Shown: one piece after another, positions 60,941 to 64,000 of the stretch
Layout of the letters: each line of letters opens with the position of its first letter
How positions within the stretch are numbered: position 1 is the first letter of the stretch
DNA from: Utricularia gibba
Taxonomy: Eukaryota > Plantae > Magnoliophyta
Length of the DNA: 64,000 nucleotides
Assembly: GCA_002189035.1 (NCBI GenBank)
Contig: NEEC01000013.1
Span: forward strand, 744,001-808,000
Direction of reading: 5' to 3'
Program-made: the position numbers and the translations under genes
The notes under the pieces: generated by a model
Told to the model about the DNA's origin: nothing
The model's database searches: none
What the model saw: only the letters and a program-made list of their open reading frames with translations

Positions 60941-61893
60941 CTAACGACACAAATGATGTCACCCTAACCACTCCACCTCAATCCCTTCTAAACTATGCAC
61001 AATAGTCTCGAAATGTTCTCTGTGCCCTTCTCATGCCTCCTTGTCAATCAGAGTGTAAGAGAGAGTAGACTATTCCTTGTCCTATAACCAACTATTTGAA
61101 AGAAATCAGTGAAAACCAAGGTAAGGATGGACGAAGGAAGGAGACGGAATCTCATTCCCAAGAACTACGTCCCGTAGTCAAGGCCCATCACTTAGATTGC
61201 AACTTTTATTTCTGCATTTCACAAACCCCCTTTTACAAAACCGGGACATTTTGTAGAAGTTTCTTATAAAACACTTTGCACGAAAAACAACTCCCTGAGA
61301 TCGATACTTGTACTACGCTCTTTTGTATTTTACGTTTTATTTATTTAAAATTTGTTAAGGAAACGACACGCAACAAATTTTTGACGCCGTTGCCGAGGAG
61401 TTGTGTGTTTTTGTGTTTAGTGCTGTGTATAGTTTTTCTTTTTCTTTCTTTCTTGTTTTTCTTTTGTTTCTGTTTTGCTGCTGTTTTTCTCTATTTTTAT
61501 GCATTCAACTCTACCAAAGGGTCACCGAAGCTTGAGATCATACCAACATATCTTGTGCAACTTAGATCCGGAGATTGAGCACACATTTCTGGTGAAAAAG
61601 TAAGAATTAATTTCTAGTTCATCTACTCACGAAGAAATGGCTGCTCAACCACCTACTGGAGTCCCCACAATGCATGGAGAACAGGAGCAACAACATCCAC
61701 AATTTTTTCCAATATTGCCGATCACTAATCATGACCCAGCACTAAGGATCATTAAAGAAGAATCACTGCCAACCATGCTGACCGACCACTTTGTATCATC
61801 TTTGACACGAAAGAGGATTTTAAGCTACGCCCATATCTATTCTAGACACTTCCGAAGTTCGTTGAGGACGAGCCAAATTGTCATCTTAGAGAG

Positions 61894-62928
61894 TTGCACA
61901 CGGCTTGTGCATCCATGCACCTAAAAGGTGTAACGGAGAACCAAGTCAAGTTACAGGTCTTCCCTTTCAGTCTCATTGAGCAAGCCTTGGAGTGGTTGTA
62001 TGGACTATCATCATTCTCTATTGCAACCTTGGAGCAAATGATTCAGAAATTTCTTGATCGATATGCGCCCCTAGGAAGAGCATCTGCCGGAAAAAGAGCT
62101 TTAGCCACCATGCTACAAAGCGAAGGAGAGAATTTACAGAAGTATTATGACAAATTCAACCGGATTTGTAGCACTTATCCACAGCATGGACTTACTGAAG
62201 GTCAAATTTTACAGCATTTTTACGAAGGACTAACCCCTATGATCAGAGGACAAATGGGTGCCGCTTGTAATGGGACATTACTAGAGAATCGCCATAGCGC
62301 TGATGCTCGAAGATTGATAGAACAAATGGTTGCCAACTCTTATTCTACTTCCAGCTGTTATGATTACTCATACCAAGCACTTGGAGGAATTTCTCAGCCT
62401 GTAAAATCAGTGCACGATGTGAAAAATTCTGAAGTTTTAGCTCAACTTGCTGCTATGAGTAATACCTTGAAGCTTGGCTTCCAATCACTTCTCCAACAAC
62501 AAGGAAGGTATCAAGGATCTTCAATTTCTTATCTTTCTGATCCACGACCTATGATACATGAAATGCCAGTAGAAGAGGTGAATGCATTCTACCAGAACCA
62601 AGGAGGAGCCTACAATTACGGAAACTACCAAATGCATAGAAGAGATCACCCTATTTTCCGTTGGAGACAACCAGTACCTCTTGGTCAAGCCCCATCACTA
62701 GGGAACCCTTCTTCTGTTTCTCAGAAAACTCTCACTGCTCCACCTCAACCTTTGCAAATCACTGGAGTTCTAGATCAACCTCTTGTTCATTATCAGCCAA
62801 ATCATAATTTGGAGTTCATGGTGAAGTCCCTTGCCAAGAGCACCACCAAGATATATGCCGCACAAAAGACATGGATGGATGAATTACAAGCATGCAAACC
62901 CAAATCACCTAGTTGGTACAAGCCATGA
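61894..62928 (+). pseudogene. Retrotransposon gag (Retrotrans_gag) of the Athila-type element, frameshifted at both ends
   Basis: VKLQVFPFSLIEQALEWL, MIQKFLDRY, MLQSEGENLQKYYDKFNRICSTYPQHGL, ILQHFYEGL. Confidence 0.85.
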
Positions 62929-63139
62929 ACCGACTGGAGACGCAAGGAGCACTACCATCCCAACCAGTGAAGAAGTCAGAACACATAAATGCAATATCTT
63001 GGATGATGACGATGACGTAGATGAGGAGATTATTTTAGAGAATCCTGATGATTCTCCAGTCCATAACACTGATGTACCGACGCCACATGAGAAAGTGAAG
63101 GAGAAGGAGAACAAGAAGTTGATCAACCCAAGTCTCTAG

Positions 63140-63777
63140 TCATTCCACCTCCTTTTCCTACGAGACTTCGAAGGAAGAACAAGGACAAACGTGGACTGAA
63201 AGCATTCCTGGAGGTGATGAAGAAGGTTAATGTGAAGATTACCTTGCTGGACATGATTGATCAAGTGCCGAAATACGCAAAAATGTTGAAGGACTTGTGT
63301 GACCCCAAGAAGAAGGCAAAAGTGGAAGAGGTAATCTCTTTGACTAAAAATATTTCAGCAATTATTCAGAGAAGGCTTCCACGAAAGTATATGGATTCAG
63401 GTATGTTTTCCATACCTGTTACTATTGATGAGACCAAAATTTCTATTGCCATGTGTGATTTAGGAGCATCGGTTAATGTTATACCTAAGTCCCTTTACCT
63501 TTCTCTTGCATCTAAGCTAGTTAAATTTGAGTCTACTAGTATTGTCTGTCAATTAGTTGATAGATCACATGTGAAGCCTTATGATAGATTTGATGATGTG
63601 TTTGTACATGTTAAAGATTTGATTTTCTCTACTAACTTTTTAGTTATCCCCATGGAAAGCGAAAATCCCATGATTTCGGAGTGCATCATTTTGGGAAAAT
63701 CGTTTATGGCTACTATAGGCACCAAAATTGATGTCCAAGCGGCACAATTTCCCTATAGTTCGATGGATAGGGTCTAG
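63140..63777 (+). pseudogene. Gag-pol aspartic protease region of the Athila-type element
   Basis: IPPPFPTRL, LLDMIDQVPKYAKMLKDLC, DSGMFSIPVTI, catalytic-type AMCDLGASVNVIP, IILGKSFMATIGTKIDV. Confidence 0.85.
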
Positions 63778-64000
63778 ATTTCAGCCTAGACAAAACCATG
63801 CAATATCCGGATCAAATTAACGAGATATGCTCAATATCTACATTTGATGTAGATGTGGAACACTTAGCGATGGTTCATGAGCAAGATCCCTTGCTCAAAT
63901 GCCTTAATGAAAACTTTGATTCTGATCGTATTTCTTTTTCTTATTTTGAACTTTTAAGTTATCTTTATCATTTTCCTAAAAAACTTGAATTTTCTGAAGT

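Larger units (their letters stand above)
60940..64000 (+). mobile_element. Athila-type Ty3/gypsy retrotransposon, 5' part (partial LTR, tRNA-Asp PBS, gag, protease), running off the window
   Basis: LTR ends ...gcaACA at 61375; PBS TGACGCCGTTGCCGAGGA at 61382-61399 (2 mismatches to the complement of the plant tRNA-Asp 3' end); gag and protease motifs follow. The left boundary is approximate. Confidence 0.85.

Overview
Eukaryotic (eudicot plant) nuclear DNA; the species cannot be determined from the sequence. Seven intron-rich genes sit in tightly packed clusters separated by AT-rich, transposon-littered spacers: ARMC8/GID5-like (+), SEC62 (-), RER4-like (+), Y14/RBM8A (-), a TPR/J-domain co-chaperone (+), CHR5/CHD1 (+) and an RLD/PRAF PH-RCC1-FYVE-BRX gene (-). 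An eighth, a homeodomain gene (+), lies further along on its own. Mobile DNA comprises a decayed Mutator-like element (about 1-4680), a second MULE remnant, two probable Athila-type solo LTRs, an old full-length copia nested in the 3' LTR of an older antisense copia, and a copia 5' end fused to an Athila-type Ty3/gypsy that runs off the window end. The most interesting observations are: (1) the MULE carries an intron-containing FCP1/NIF HAD-phosphatase gene fragment convergent with its transposase, in the position mudrB occupies in maize MuDR; (2) the Y14 gene has strong candidate 3'-UTR introns (possible NMD feedback); (3) Y14 has a 1-nt frameshift in exon 1 that may be an assembly error. No tRNA, rRNA or CRISPR was found. 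All coordinates and alignments were done by hand, and homologies are from recalled family motifs, not database searches.
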